From positions 20,026,001 through 20,090,000 of the forward strand of contig OX597835.1 in NCBI GenBank assembly GCA_951406725.2: DNA of 64,000 bases. Reading direction: 5' to 3'. The DNA is from Octopus vulgaris (lineage: Eukaryota). The notes below the pieces were generated by a model. That model saw only the letters and a list, made by a program, of their open reading frames with translations, ran no database searches and was not told where the DNA came from. The position numbers were made by a program, and so were the translations under genes. This document shows, one piece after another, positions 1-13,988 of the stretch (its first letter is position 1; every line of letters begins with the position of its first letter).

Positions 1-92
<92 letters not shown>

Positions 93-269
93 TATATATA
101 CATATATACGACAGGCTTCTTTCAGTTTCCGTCTACCAAATCCACTCACAGGGCATTGGTCGGCCCGGGGCTATAGCAGAAGACACTTGCCCAAGATGCC
201 ACGCAGTGGGACTGAACCCGGAACCATGTGGTTGGTTAGCAAGCTACTTACCACACAACCACTCCTGCG
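1..269 (-). mobile_element. SINE family A (tRNA-like head, CORE-like segment, internal TA/TG microsatellite), 5' half
   Basis: Reverse complement of the full copy at 41616-42030; cut by the window edge. Confidence 0.85.
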
Positions 270-271
270 AG

Positions 272-1740
272 GAGAAGTCTGTTTTTCCTGTCTTTCTAAA
301 TGTTGCAAAAATGCATTAGATCAGTGTCATTAAATAAAGCAGCTGCATGACCCGTGGATACATTTTCAGGAAAGTGTTTTTCTACAAATTCAGAAACATG
401 CTGCCACTTTGCCAACGCTGCCTTAATGTCACTCGTAGAAATAGCCTTCTTGGCTACACAGTCCTACTCTTGGAACCCAATCACTTCAACCACATCCGAA
501 TACTTATTTCTTTACTACCCACAAGGGTTTAAACATAGAGAGGACAAACAAGGACAGACAAACGGATTAAGTCCATTATATCGACCCCAGTGCGTAACTG
601 GTAATTAATTTATCGACCCCGAAAGGATGAAAGTCGACCTTGGCGGAATTTGAACCCAGAACGTAACGGCAGACGAAGTACGACTAAGCATCCGGCCGCC
701 GTGCTAACCATTCTGCCAATACAAATACTACTGCCCCCGAAGCTGCAGGAGTTCATCTCTCGTTAACTCTTCTGAGAGTTCCTCGACAAAATCGTTAATA
801 TCCCCATCGTCAACTTCGTGGGCCATATACTTACCAAGAGACACTATTTCCTCGGCTATAGATGTCTCAAACTCAACCCTCTCGAAGTCTCTTTCCGATA
901 CGCAGTCAGGCCACAGTTTCCACGGCACAGAATTGAACGCTGTTGTTACATTCTGCTAGGCAATACTGATTTTCAGGCAGTTGACGGTGTTGTATTGTTC
1001 CCTCCATAAGGGGTTAGATTTGTATTTCCAGTGACTTCACAGCACTGAGAAACAGGTGTTTGGTATAACATTTCCTAAAAATTAGAAATCACATATTCCT
1101 CTATGGACTCCAAGATAGGTCTGATGTTGCGTGAGAAATATAGAACATTTATGAAATTAAATTCATCCAGGACATAATCTTCGAAGTTAGAAGGGTGAGC
1201 AGGCGCATTGTCGGGGATGAAGAGAGCCTTGAGGGGAAGATCGTCCTCCAGAAGGACATTTTCGCTGCTGGTCCGAATATAAGTTTAACCCACAAGGCGA
1301 AAAATTGCTTGATGACTCAGACTTTAACGTTTGCCCTCCACATGACCTGCAGCATCTCCTTCAAGATTGTGTGTGACTTTAACGCTCGTGATCTTTCGTT
1401 ATGTTAGACAAGCAGAGCCTTAATCTTCAAGTCTCCACTCGAATTGGCAAAAAGGGTAAGAGTTAACCTATCGTTCATAGGCTTGTGCTCGCTCTGGCTT
1501 TTTTTTCTCATCTGCAGTTATGTAGGTTCTTCTGGGCATTTTTGTCCAAAAGAAGCCAGTTTCCTCACAGTTGAATACATGTTATGCGATAAACCTCTCG
1601 GCTGTGATGAGCTGACAGAATTCACGCACGAAATCCTCAGCTTCCTTCGTGTCAGAACTCACTGCGACGCCATACTTGACGAACACCAATCCTTTTCTTG
1701 AAATTACCAAAGCAAACGCAACTGGCTTTAAATGCGTCTG
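272..1740 (-). pseudogene. Decayed Tigger/pogo-family DDE transposase, interrupted by a SINE
   Basis: Minus-strand translation gives VFNCEETGFFWTKMPRRTYIT, KPMNDRLTLTLFANSSGDLK, MWRAN, DNAPAHP and WKLWPDCV..EEIVSLGK..EELTRDELLQL, typical of Tigger/TIGD1-like transposases. Several stops and frameshifts. Confidence 0.9.
505..718 (-). mobile_element. SINE family C inserted in the Tigger relic
   Basis: Matches the reverse complement of 27625-27855; transposase sequence continues on both sides. Confidence 0.85.
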
Positions 1741-1764
1741 CTGATGTCTCCTCCGTCGATGTTT

Positions 1765-1895
1765 TACACAAAAGACAAAAGACGAAGACAGGTGTATAAA
1801 CAACAAACATGTGTATTAGTTTAACGTTCGGTCACCCGAGAAAATCTTTTACGTTTCGAGTCTACGCTCTTCAGCAGAAAGGAACACGAGAAATA
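1765..1895 (-). mobile_element. Penelope-LTR-like cassette with variant hammerhead motif (1846-1881)
   Basis: Minus strand reads CTTT-CTGCTGA-A-GAGC gtag ACTC-GAAA-CGTA-AAAG; homologous to 35425-35625. Confidence 0.55.
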
Positions 1896-1903
1896 CGTAT
1901 ATG

Positions 1904-1972
<69 letters not shown>

Positions 1973-2351
1973 GAAATATATTACAAAAAGAAAATATAAG
2001 ATACACGTGGAAATGTAAGGGGAAAATTTGAAAAATAAACGAAAATTCACATTGTAAATAAAAAAAAGGCTTTTTTTATGAAAGGTAACAACAGATATAT
2101 ATATATATATATATATATAAGGTGTGGCGGGTGTATCATTTATATGTATATCGATAAACTTGTGTGGAACAGAAAATTACGCATTGAATTTGATTTCTAT
2201 ATCTAATATAGAATTTCAAATATATATGCCAACGTTTGTATATTCCTTGAATTCCAAATGTGATGACTGTTGCGTTTATATTCCTGTAATTCTTTATTTT
2301 CAATTTCTGAAAATGTATTTCTTTTCAGAAATTGCGTTTATATATATATGT

Positions 2352-2459
<108 letters not shown>

Positions 2460-2653
2460 TACATATATATACGTAAAATGGATTCTTTTCTACACAAGCT
2501 TCACTCTTCATAATTCTTAATTTCCAAGAATCAGTCATAGAGTAAATTTCGAGACAGGAACAAATATATATACAAATGAATGTGAAAATAGATGTATACC
2601 TAGTCAGATTATATACGGTATGCATAATATATATTCTAAAATTTATGTATATT

Positions 2654-2698
<45 letters not shown>

Positions 2699-2817
2699 AT
2701 ATACATATATGGATGTATGGCTTTCGATAATATAAGCATATGCATATCTATCTCTCTATCTATCTATCTATCTATTTATCTATCTGTCTCTCTATGTATA
2801 TATAAATATGTAAATAC

Positions 2818-2891
<74 letters not shown>

Positions 2892-2982
2892 TCATGTATG
2901 TAATTCTATATATATACATATATACATACAAATATATATGTATGTATGCATATATATGTATATATATATCTATATGTATATA

Positions 2983-3055
<73 letters not shown>

Positions 3056-3601
3056 TTGTATAAAGATCTCCACAGAATTTTAATACGTTTCAAATTGTAA
3101 CTTCGAGTAAGTATATATATACAAATATACATACAAACATACACACGCATATGTACATAGTTCTATGTAAATATCGTTATATCTTTCTATTTGCGTTAGG
3201 TATGTCTTTATTATACGGATACACTTGACAGCCATATAGTCAACATGGTGCAATTCATAATCTGAAAGAATCTATATATCGTAATAGAGAATATAAGTGG
3301 TGGACAGGACGATCGCAGACTGAAAAAGAAACATTGGAATTAATATGAGGGAGAGGGAAAAAACGGAACGAATATTTAATATAAAAATATCTAATGAAAA
3401 ATCAACAGTGGAAGAGTGAGAATCATGATAAAAATGCTTTTCAAATCTCGCATTCATTATATAATAATATTTATCTATCAGCACATTCTCAATCTGTTAT
3501 AATCGCTAATCTAAACAGATTATTATTATAAATACACGGACATGTGACAGATATATGTACATACATATATACATACATACATCTATCTATCTATCTATCT
3601 A

Positions 3602-3638
<37 letters not shown>

Positions 3639-3642
<4 letters not shown>

Positions 3643-3788
3643 CTAAGGCAAGACCATTTTTACGATATTGTATGTTTATATATACAAACGTACACTCACA
3701 AACTTATATTTCTACTTATAATATTTGTATATATAATCATACAATATCGTAAAAATTATCATGCAATTTTCGACATTCGCAGCCTTTG

Positions 3789-3792
<4 letters not shown>
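3639..3792. repeat. Fold-back element between (TA)n tracts
   Basis: 33-bp inverted arms at 3656-3688 and 3724-3756 with 1 mismatch; termini ATAACTAAGGC and GCCTTTGTTAT are also near-complementary. Confidence 0.7.
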
Positions 3793-3879
<87 letters not shown>

Positions 3880-3911
3880 TATATATAAAATATTTAAACA
3901 CACATATTTAA

Positions 3912-3995
3912 GCACTGGGGTCGATGTAATCGACTTATCTCCATCATTACCACCACCTCGGAAATTGCTGGCCTTGTGCCAAATTTGAAATCATT
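3912..3995 (+). mobile_element. SINE C variant, 3' fragment
   Basis: CACTGGGGTCGATGTAATCGACTTA followed by the short tail GGCCTTGTGCCAAATTTGAAATC. Confidence 0.6.
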
Positions 3996-5060
3996 GTTAA
4001 TGAGAAGTGAAGATTTGTGATTCAAGGGAATTAGATCCTGTTACATTTCGAATTTATAGTTTTGAAATTCGTGATGTTCGAAAAGAGAAATCAGGTTCTT
4101 AATTACCCGCTATAAATATGTGATATCATACATCGTTATCGTATCGTATTCCTGCCTAGAATGGTTCCAATGTAGTCTTGATTGCAATATATAATTGTAC
4201 TATGGTATTTCAGTGAACAGTCACCTGCGAATGCCTAGGGCTTTTGTAACATATAACACAAGTTTATCAATTTGTTTTAAAAGCGGTTTGGTTGTTTCAG
4301 GCTCGTAAACTCACTTTTGTCTATAGTACCCTTACATTCATTGGTATGTGCAGTTTATGACGATTGGATCACTGCAGGAAGGGCATTCGAGAGAGAAAAA
4401 GCTGCAACGGCACATGGCTGGTACGTCTTTTGCAGTTGAATATACGTGTGCAACTTGAACGAAGAGCCCAAAGGAGTTGAAAGGGAGCCTGCAGTATTGT
4501 GATTGCAAGTCGAACAACCGAAGCCGCACAGCTCTTCTTTTAACACCGTTTTCGGAATTATATACCCTACATTCGTATATATCACCCATTCCGTATAATA
4601 CCTTTGCCTAGAGCTATTCATCTACATTCACAAATATTTTATGAACGAATAGCATAATATAGATTAATAAATGCAGTGAACCAGTGATTAGCCTTTTCCA
4701 AGCCTATTGTTCGCATATGCATGCAATAAAAACAAAACCGAAGTAGCTCAATTTTACCAATAACGTTTCAGTATGAATATGTATGTTAATATGTGTATAG
4801 CCGAAAGTATATTTACAGCCGTATGATCACCTTCAGTTTTATCTCACAATATTTTACTGATCATATCCGTCTCATTGCTGCAACTTTTTTTCCAAACCGA
4901 AGAGAAACCACGCTTATCTACTGTTAAACTAACTGACATATCAAACGGGTCTGCAATCCACTCTACTCAACACGCGTAAAACCTTGCAAAGACATTACCA
5001 TAACTCTCCCTTCTTTTAAACTCCTATATAATTTGGTAATATACTGCCCAACAATGAAAC

Positions 5061-5100
<40 letters not shown>

Positions 5101-5111
5101 CTCCATTTTCT

Positions 5112-5179
<68 letters not shown>

Positions 5180-5186
5180 ATGTATG

Positions 5187-5309
<123 letters not shown>

Positions 5310-5866
5310 GTATATATATATATATACTTATATATATATACATATATATGTATATTCATACATATATGTTGATACCAATAATACGTTAGCGCCATTCATT
5401 TCTTTCATATTATATATTCGCAGATTATCGAACGTGAAGCCTTTTAAATCCTATAACTACACAAAGTCTATAAAAATGTGTCTATATATGTGTGCAAGTG
5501 TATGCGGCTGTATACATACCTATGCAATGTGATCTTTGACGGTTTAATAAGATATGGATACGCTTTTTCTATATATTTTCTACTTCTATATTTCGTATAC
5601 ATACAAAGGAAGTTTATTGAATGGATCAAAAGCTGTTTGAAATGAGGCTTAATCGCTTATCTCATTTAATAATCAAAGGAAAGCATGAAAGACAAACCCT
5701 ATCATAAACCCGTAATAATGAGTTCTTGTCTATAACATCCTTTTAAAGATCCAAGGATTACAGCCAGGAAATTCGGTAAAAAGCTGGCCTTTATTATTCT
5801 TTCATTTTTCTGTTCATTGTAACCAAATTTCTTTTCCTTCTTTACTATGTTTGCATAAGTGTGTTA

Positions 5867-5964
<98 letters not shown>

Positions 5965-5966
5965 TA

Positions 5967-6056
<90 letters not shown>

Positions 6057-6259
6057 GTATGTATATCTGTGATTTCTGTTGCTTTTTTTGTACTTGTTTT
6101 GTTGATTCTTTATAATTTCTTGCTTTCTGTACTTGTATAATTCTTTTCCCTTTATATTCATACGTTTATATTTCATTTATATATTTATCGCCATTTTGTG
6201 AATATGTGTGTGTACGTGTATGTTCACGCGTGCGTGCATGTGTGTGTGTACAATATATA

Positions 6260-6295
<36 letters not shown>

Positions 6296-6329
6296 TGTAT
6301 GTATGTATGTATGTGTGTGTGTATATGTG

Positions 6330-6363
<34 letters not shown>

Positions 6364-6761
6364 CTGATATGCACATATATATGTATACAAATATATGATT
6401 TGATATGCACATATATACATGTACACATAAATATATACATACATGGATTGCACATACACACGCATGCAAATACACACACTCACACACAGGCACGCACACA
6501 AACACACATATATATATACACGTGGATATGTGTATGAGGCTAGATGTCTATTTTATTTTCCTGTATATGTACATATTGCATTTACGTTTATGTTGTTACA
6601 TGTATGTGCGCTAGTATACCTGTGTATGTGTGTGTGTATATAAGTGTGTGAATTTACATGTGTTTGCATTTATCCTCTTTATTTTTGTTTTCATGTGATT
6701 CATTAAACTTTAGTTATTTGAGGTGTTCTTTTCCAATCACTCGGCGGAGTCTGTTGTCTGT

Positions 6762-6795
<34 letters not shown>

Positions 6796-6798
<3 letters not shown>

Positions 6799-6969
6799 TC
6801 TTTTACTCTTTTACTGGAGCACCGCCTTTAGTCGAGCAAATCGACCCCGGGACTTATTCTTTGTAAGCCCAGTACTTATTCTATCGGTCTATTTTGCCGA
6901 ACCGCTAAGTGACGGGGACGTAAACACACCAGCATCTGTTGTCAAGCAATGCTAGGGGGACAAACACAT

Positions 6970-7038
<69 letters not shown>
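6796..7038 (-). mobile_element. SINE A, 3' half with internal deletion
   Basis: CTCTTTTA tail repeats and body match family A; ends in the internal TA tract. Confidence 0.8.
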
Positions 7039-7042
<4 letters not shown>

Positions 7043-7083
7043 CTCAGCTATCTATCTATCTATCTATAGCAACACCTATCTTT

Positions 7084-7150
<67 letters not shown>

Positions 7151-7544
7151 CTCAGTCGAAGTCGACTCTCGGTTACTCGATGGATCATAGTTCTCCAGCC
7201 AATTTTCTTTTGTGCAGCGCAGGGATCTCAGTTCGCTGGTGGCTACATTAGCAGGCAGGCATCCAGATGGATTTGACCCATCTGCGTCATCAATACCGCC
7301 GCGATTATGATTATCCTCGCGCTCTTCCCTAATGGCCAATGTGGTACCTTGCAGCCTGGGGGTCCCACCGCTTGGTACCATCATATTAGAATTCTTACAC
7401 TTTTGATCTATAGAGTACATTGGCCAAGATGCTGGGGTAGGTGACCAGGTCTTTCCCCAGGCCTGAGCCGTTTAGCCAGCATACTTACCATATACTGTTG
7501 CCACCCCCAACACCTCGGTGAGAAGAACGGTTGGACTTTAAAGA

Positions 7545-7980
7545 GGTTAGGGCAGCGGACGCGCGGTCGTAAGAACGTGGTTTTGAATCCTAGACCGGGC
7601 ATTCTGAGGGTTTATTGAGCAAAAACACCTGAGCTCTACGAGGCTCCGGCGGGGAAGGGTGGGTAAACCCTGCTGTACTCTTTCACCACAACTTTCACTC
7701 TTTCTTCCTACCGCCACAAAGCAGAGGAACCCTTGTGTAACCCACTATGGTATGGTAAACTTTCAGACCCTAGTATAGATTGCGAATCCTCTGTACACCA
7801 GGACGGTTCAGCTCTCCACCCGTTAAAAGCTACCGTTTACGGAATGAGGATAACAATGTAGCTTGTGCACCAGTACATGTGGTGGATGGATCTTCAAGTT
7901 GCCACACGCATTCCTAGTAGCTTAGAGTAGGCTCCAATTAGAGGTTATTCTTTGTGGCTAATGTCGTGTGTCCTGATTGG
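7545..7980 (+). mobile_element. SINE B head and body with a distinct tail running into (GAA)n
   Basis: GTTAGGGCAGCGGAC...GTTTATTGAGCAAAAACACCT...CTTTCTTCCT matches family B up to about 7710; the tail after that is unique in the window. Confidence 0.65.
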
Positions 7981-8476
7981 AAGAAGACGAAGAAGAAGAT
8001 GGAGAGGAAGAGGAAGACGAAGAAGGGGAAGTAGAAGAAGGAGAAGAAGAAAAAGAAGAAGACGAAGAAGAAGAAAGAAGAGGAAGATGAAGTGGAAGAA
8101 AAAGAAGAAAAAGAAGAAGAAGTAGATGAGAAGAAGAAGATGAGGAAATAGAAGGAGGAGAAAAAGAAGAAGAAGAAGAAGCAGAAGAAGAAGAAAAAGT
8201 AGAGGAGAAGAAAAAGAAGAAGTGGAGGAAGTAGAAGAAGAAGAAGAAGAAGGTGAAGAAGAAGAAAGTGAAGAAGAAGAAGAAGAAGTAGAGGAGAAGA
8301 AGAAGAAGAAGTAGAGGAGAAGAAAAAGAAGAAGAAGAAGAAGAAGAAGAAGAAGAAGAAGAAGGTGAAGAAGAAGAAAGTGAAGAAGACGAAGAAGAAG
8401 AAGTAGAGGAGAAGAAAAAGAAGAAGTGGTGGCAGTAGAAGAAGAAGAAGAAAGTGAAGAAGAAGAAGAAGAAGAA

Positions 8477-8523
<47 letters not shown>

Positions 8524-8542
8524 GGAAGAAGAAAAAAGAAGA
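7979..8542. repeat. (GAA)n-rich polypurine tract with higher-order repeats
   Basis: Directly visible; the block GTAGAGGAGAAGAAAAAGAAGAAG recurs within it. Confidence 0.95.
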
Positions 8543-9046
8543 ATACACCAACACCAGACACGCCAGCTACAGCAGCAGCAGCAGAAGCAACAGCAGCGGC
8601 GAGAATACAACCGACGCGAAAATAGTAACACTGGCTAACACAGCACAGAATTAATAAGAACAAACAATAAAACAAAACAAAAGCCAAAAGGAAAAAAAAA
8701 TAAAGATACCGGGGGGGGGGAACAGTAATGGAAACGATAATAACAGGTACAATAAAAAGGGAAGCACGTTGGAAAAGTTCGATAAATAGTAACAACAAAA
8801 CAGGAGCCGGGAACAATATTACTGTATTCACAGCATAAATAATACAGGAGATACAACGAAAAACAACAAGGTATAATAAAGGCTATACATAAATATAATA
8901 CTAACAACAACAACAAATAAAACTGCATCAACAAGAAGAAGAAGAAGATCCACAAGAAAACAAGCATATAACATATAGGAACTTTTTTTTCCCATTATGA
9001 GAATATTCAGGTTATAAAATATTATATTGGGCACGTATACAATCTG

Positions 9047-9600
9047 CTTCTTCTTCTTTTTCTCCTTCTTCTTTTTCCTCCTCCTCTTCTTCTTCTTCTT
9101 CTTCTTCTTCTTCTTCTTCTTCTTCTTCTTCTTCTTCGTCTACGATTTGCATTTACTTCCCAATCCTTATTCTTTCTTCTTCTTCTTCTTCTTCTTCTTC
9201 TTCTTCTTCTTCTTCTTCTTCTTCTTCTTCTTCTCCTTCTCCTTCTTCTCTTCCTCCTCCTACACCTCCTCCTTCTTCTTTGTCTTATTCGTCTACGTTT
9301 TGCTTCTATTTCCCAATTATTCTTCTTCTACTTTTTCTTCTTCCATTTCTTCATCCTCCACTTCTTCTACCGCTTCTTCTTCTTCCACTTCTTCTCCTTC
9401 TGCTTCTTCTGCTGCTGCTTCTTCTTCTTCTTCTTCTTCTTCTTCTTCTTCTTCTTCTTCTTCTTCTTCTTCTTCTTCTTCTTCTTCTTCTTCTTCTTCT
9501 TCATTTTCGTCGTCTACTTCCTCTGCTTCTTCTACCTCTCTCCTAAATTCTCCTAAATTCTTACCCACCACTTCTTCATCCTTCCTTTTTTTGTTCTTCT
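9047..9600. repeat. (TTC)n-rich polypyrimidine tract
   Basis: Directly visible. Confidence 0.95.
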
Positions 9601-9639
9601 AGTCATTTTGTAGCCGCTTTTTTCCTTAGGCATAATCCG

Positions 9640-9664
9640 TACCACCACCACCACCACCACCACT

Positions 9665-9725
<61 letters not shown>

Positions 9726-9752
9726 CCATCATCATCACCATCATCATCATCA
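9640..9752. repeat. (CAC)n(CAT)n microsatellite
   Basis: Directly visible. Confidence 0.95.
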
Positions 9753-10209
9753 AAATCATCGTCTCGTCATGATCAAGTCTTCTGCCTATTCCTTTTTTCT
9801 TTATTCCTTCCTTCCACCTTCTCACACGTTCTTCTCTTCTTCCATCTCCAATTTCATCTTCATCCCGACCGTCTACTCCGATACCTTTTTCTCCTCTTTT
9901 GTGCTAACAGACCATCATCTCATACAAACTATTCACTTTGCGCTCATAATCGACTTACCTCTGTTTCCCTCAACACATCGTTTGTTCAACAAGCTCGTAA
10001 ACTCACGTACACATTCTTTTATTTTACCTTCCAAATAATAAACATTTCATAACACTTTTCTTCTTTCTATTTTTGTTTTTGCAATATGCTCTCTTTCGAG
10101 AGTCTATTTTCCATTTCATATCTACTTATTATCATTTTCTGAAATCTCACTCCATGTCTATGTCTTTCAATCATCTCTCCAGCTTTTTCTCTGTATACAT
10201 ATATAGTAC

Positions 10210-10346
10210 GGTAAGTAGCTTCCTTATCAACCACATGGTTCCGGGTTCAGTGTCTTCTACTATAGCCTCGGGCCGACCATAGTCTTGTGAATGGATTTGG
10301 TAGACGGAAACTGAAAGAAGCCCGTCGTATATATGTATTTGTATAC

Positions 10347-10383
<37 letters not shown>

Positions 10384-10618
10384 AGTGTGTGTGTGTGCGT
10401 GTGTGTGTGTTTGTGTGTCTGTGTTTGTCCCAATATCGCTTGACAACCGATGCTGGTGTGTTTACGTCCCCGTAACTTAGCGGTTCGGCAAAAGAGACCA
10501 ATAGAGTAAGTACTAGGCTTACAAAGAATAAGTCCTGGGCTCGATCGGCTCGACTAAAAGCGGTGCTCCAGCATGGCCGCAGTCAAACGACTGAAACAAG
10601 TAAAAGTGTAAAAGAGTA
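10210..10618 (+). mobile_element. SINE A with truncated head and small deletion
   Basis: Co-linear with 41616-42030; a more degenerate copy follows at about 10792-10985. Confidence 0.85.
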
Positions 10619-10735
10619 TATATATATATATATATATACAGACATACAGACAAACATACGCCCGCGCGCACACACATGTGCATATATATAATAAGTATAT
10701 ACAAACATACATACATACATACATACATACATACA

Positions 10736-10766
<31 letters not shown>

Positions 10767-11014
10767 GTCTGTGTGTGTGTGTGTGCTAAAGCGTTGCTGT
10801 GAGGAAACAAGATGGCTTCAGAAACGCATAGTTCCGAGGTTCGTTCCACTGCATTGCAACTTCGATAGGTGTCTTCTACAATAGCCTTGGGCCGACCAGA
10901 ATGTTGTCCCCGTGACTTGGCGGTTCACCAAAAGACACTGATAGAATGAGTACTAGGCTTACAAAGAACAAGTTCTTGCGTCGTATTTTGAAACTTACCA
11001 GGCTGCGTTCCAGC

Positions 11015-11067
<53 letters not shown>

Positions 11068-11156
11068 TCTGTGTGTGTCTGTGTGTGTGTGTGTGTGTGT
11101 AAATTTATAAATTCTTGTGAATTATTCATCATCCAGTTCTTGTGTTGTTGTTTGTT

Positions 11157-11448
11157 CCTTCTCGAGCCACGCCTGGCTCACAGGGCCGGTTTCCCGGTTT
11201 CCTTGGCGTACAGGTTCCCCACCTGGACGGGACGCTGGTCCGTCGCAGGTGAGCAGCAAGATACAGGAGGAAAGAGCGAGAGAAAGTTGTGGCGAAAGAG
11301 TCAGCGGAAGTTCGCCATTACCTCCTGCCAGAGTCGCATGTAGCTTAGGTGTTTCGCTCATAAACACAAACATCACCCGGTCTGAGATTCGATCCCGCGG
11401 TCCCTCTACCGCGAGTCCGCTGCTCTAATCACTAGGCTATGTGCCTCC
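11157..11448 (-). mobile_element. SINE B with GCGA(C/T)GGAC...GAAACCGG tail
   Basis: Head is the reverse complement of GGAGGC(A/G)CA..GCC.AGTG.TTAG.GCAGCGGACTCGCGG; tail is homologous to the copy at 23055. Confidence 0.8.
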
Positions 11449-11623
11449 ACCCAATTCTTGTGGGTAAGTATGAATTTCTGAAATAGGTAGAGAACTTAAC
11501 AGAATTGCGTTAGTGATGTCACGTCTGCAGAAGATACCGCTTTGCGTAATTCGTGCAACTCGGGATGTTTTCTGTCCCAGGGGAACTGTCATTCCAATAT
11601 TTGCACGCCATTATTAATAATTT

Positions 11624-12306
11624 TATTTCTTCATTGCCCACAGGGGGCAAAACATAGAGGTGACAACCAAGGACAGGCAAAGAGATTAGTTAGTTAGTTA
11701 GTTAGTTAGTTTTTTGGCTCAAAAGCAAAAAGCAATGCCATGTAGGGGGACATGGAGTTAAGTACAGGTTGGTGTTCATGTAAAGAGTTCAGGCCACTTC
11801 AGGTCAAGGGAGACTTTGAACAAAGCGGTCGTCGGCATCTTCACCATCTCGTCTGGCTGCTTGTTCCACGGATCCGCAACCCGGACGGAGAAAGCTCCTC
11901 TCCTTCGATTGAGATGAAATCGTCGCAGGTAGAGCTTTTCGGAATGACCCCGCAGCCGACGCTCTGGAGCAGGAGTGAAGATCAGCTCTTTCGAGAGGTT
12001 ACACTTTCCGCTTATGATGTTGTGAGCGTGAATGAGATCACCACCGCGGCGGCGTTTTTCTAGAGAATAAAGGTCGAGCGTCTTCAACCTTTCTTCATAA
12101 GACAAATTCTTGAGACCATGGACCATGCGGGTAGCCAGCTTCTGGACTCTCTCGAGATGCTGTATTAAGTCGATTACATCGATTCCAGTGCGTAACTGGT
12201 ACTTAATTTATCGACCTCGGCGGAATTTGAACACAGAACATAACGGCAGACGAATTACTGCTAAGCATTTCGCCCAGCGTGCTAATGTTTCTGCCAGCTC
12301 ACTGCC
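11624..12306 (-). mobile_element. SINE C split by a CR1 insertion (SINE parts 11624-11688 and 12163-12306)
   Basis: The two parts rejoin at the GATTAAGTCGATT of the family C consensus. Confidence 0.8.
11686..12162 (-). mobile_element. CR1-type LINE, 5'-truncated 3' end (ORF2 C-terminus, 3' UTR, (TAAC)n tail)
   Basis: LERVQKLATRMVHGLKNLSYEERLKTLDLYSLEKRRRGGDLI...RGHSEKL...FSVRVADPWNKQP...FKVSLD is the classic CR1 ORF2 end; stop codon at 11776-11778. Confidence 0.92.
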
Positions 12307-12712
12307 TTATTTCTTTCAACGATCTAACTTGGAAAAATGAATTATTCCTATTCTTGTTTTGACTCCCTCTCTTTGCATCGTATCTAATCCATTTAATCTC
12401 ATAGCATTTGCTTTCTATCCCTCACACTTCTTTATCATCAGTGTACTTTAAATTTCTTAAGATCATAATTTTAGCAGCTTGGTTGGTTCTTATTTCTTTC
12501 TATAATATGTTATTCACATTCATAGGTTTTCTTTTCTTTATTTTTTTGTTTTTGTTTTGTCATGGCTTTAATCGTTTACTGTTTTGCATACACATAGGAC
12601 TGGCACACATCCCGCTAAACCGACATTCTCTTCACTGTTGAATGAATTCAAATGCACATCGGTATACTAGCCTAGCTTTTTCTCTCTCTCTCTCTTTCTC
12701 TCCCTCTCTCTT

Positions 12713-12823
<111 letters not shown>

Positions 12824-12902
12824 ATCTATCTATTTATCTAACTGCTTCCCTACACATATATACGTGTATATATACACACAAACACACACATATATATATA
12901 TG

Positions 12903-12949
<47 letters not shown>

Positions 12950-12975
12950 ATATATATATATATACATATATATGT

Positions 12976-13028
<53 letters not shown>

Positions 13029-13572
13029 TTTATACAAACATAGATATATGAACATATGAACGTATATATATGTATGTATATATATATATATATATGCATT
13101 ATCCCACACTCTCACAAGCACATACAATTTGTACACAAGCATAATGAATTAGCACACGCAGCATATATAGTCAAAGTAAGTTTCGTCCAAGTACACACAC
13201 CATACACTTGCACACTGTCTGGACACTTTCACATACAAAGATGAACATATACTACGTGCAAAGGCACACAACAACTGCTACTCTCAACACACGCACAGAC
13301 ACACACACACGATATACACGTACAAACTCACATACGTCAGTGTCACTCTCCCATCTTTACACACACGTACACACACGTACACACTCATACACACACCATT
13401 CACGGCTACGCACACATGCACGCGCACCTTCCTTGTTGAGATTGCTACCCCTTTATTATCTCTCTTTCATTCAACCCATTTATTTATTATTATTATTATC
13501 TCCCTTTCTTTCAACCTCTTATTTTTCCAATGATTCGCCAGGCTGAACCGCTGAAATTTGCAAGATTGTTTT

Positions 13573-13620
<48 letters not shown>

Positions 13621-13629
13621 TTACTTTCT

Positions 13630-13750
13630 CTTATTCCTTTCTGCTGAAGAGCTGACACTGGAAACGTAAAACACTTTTCTCATTTTCCCCACAATCACAC
13701 TAATACACTTCCTTGTTGTTCGTACGTCTGCGTCTTTCGTTTCCCTAAAA

Positions 13751-13757
<7 letters not shown>
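13630..13757 (+). mobile_element. Diverged Penelope-LTR-like cassette with hammerhead-like motif (13637-13671)
   Basis: CTTT-CTGCTGA-AGAGCTGACACTG-GAAA-CGTA-AAAC; same family as the 1765 and 35425 cassettes. Confidence 0.5.
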
Positions 13758-13802
<45 letters not shown>

Positions 13803-13822
13803 AATATGTGTGTGTATAAATA

Positions 13823-13870
<48 letters not shown>

Positions 13871-13874
<4 letters not shown>

Positions 13875-13988
13875 TAAATTAGAGACAAAACTAATTTAAT
13901 ATAATATAATATTTTACTATAAAATTGGATTCAATCCTAAATCTGATTTTTCCCTGTAAGTTTGGATTTATTCCCTAATATTTATTAT

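Noticed and set aside
4301-4343. 43-nt plus-strand micro-exon between TTTCAG and GTATGT
   Set aside because: Splice-like signals only, with no partner exons or homology.
4355-4621. TGF-beta-like reading (CGFGC...QPCAV)
   Set aside because: Lacks the CxGxC, CC and terminal CxC cystine-knot pattern.
7938-9825. Long poly-L/F/S/E/K/M ORFs
   Set aside because: Translations of GAA, TTC and CAT microsatellites.
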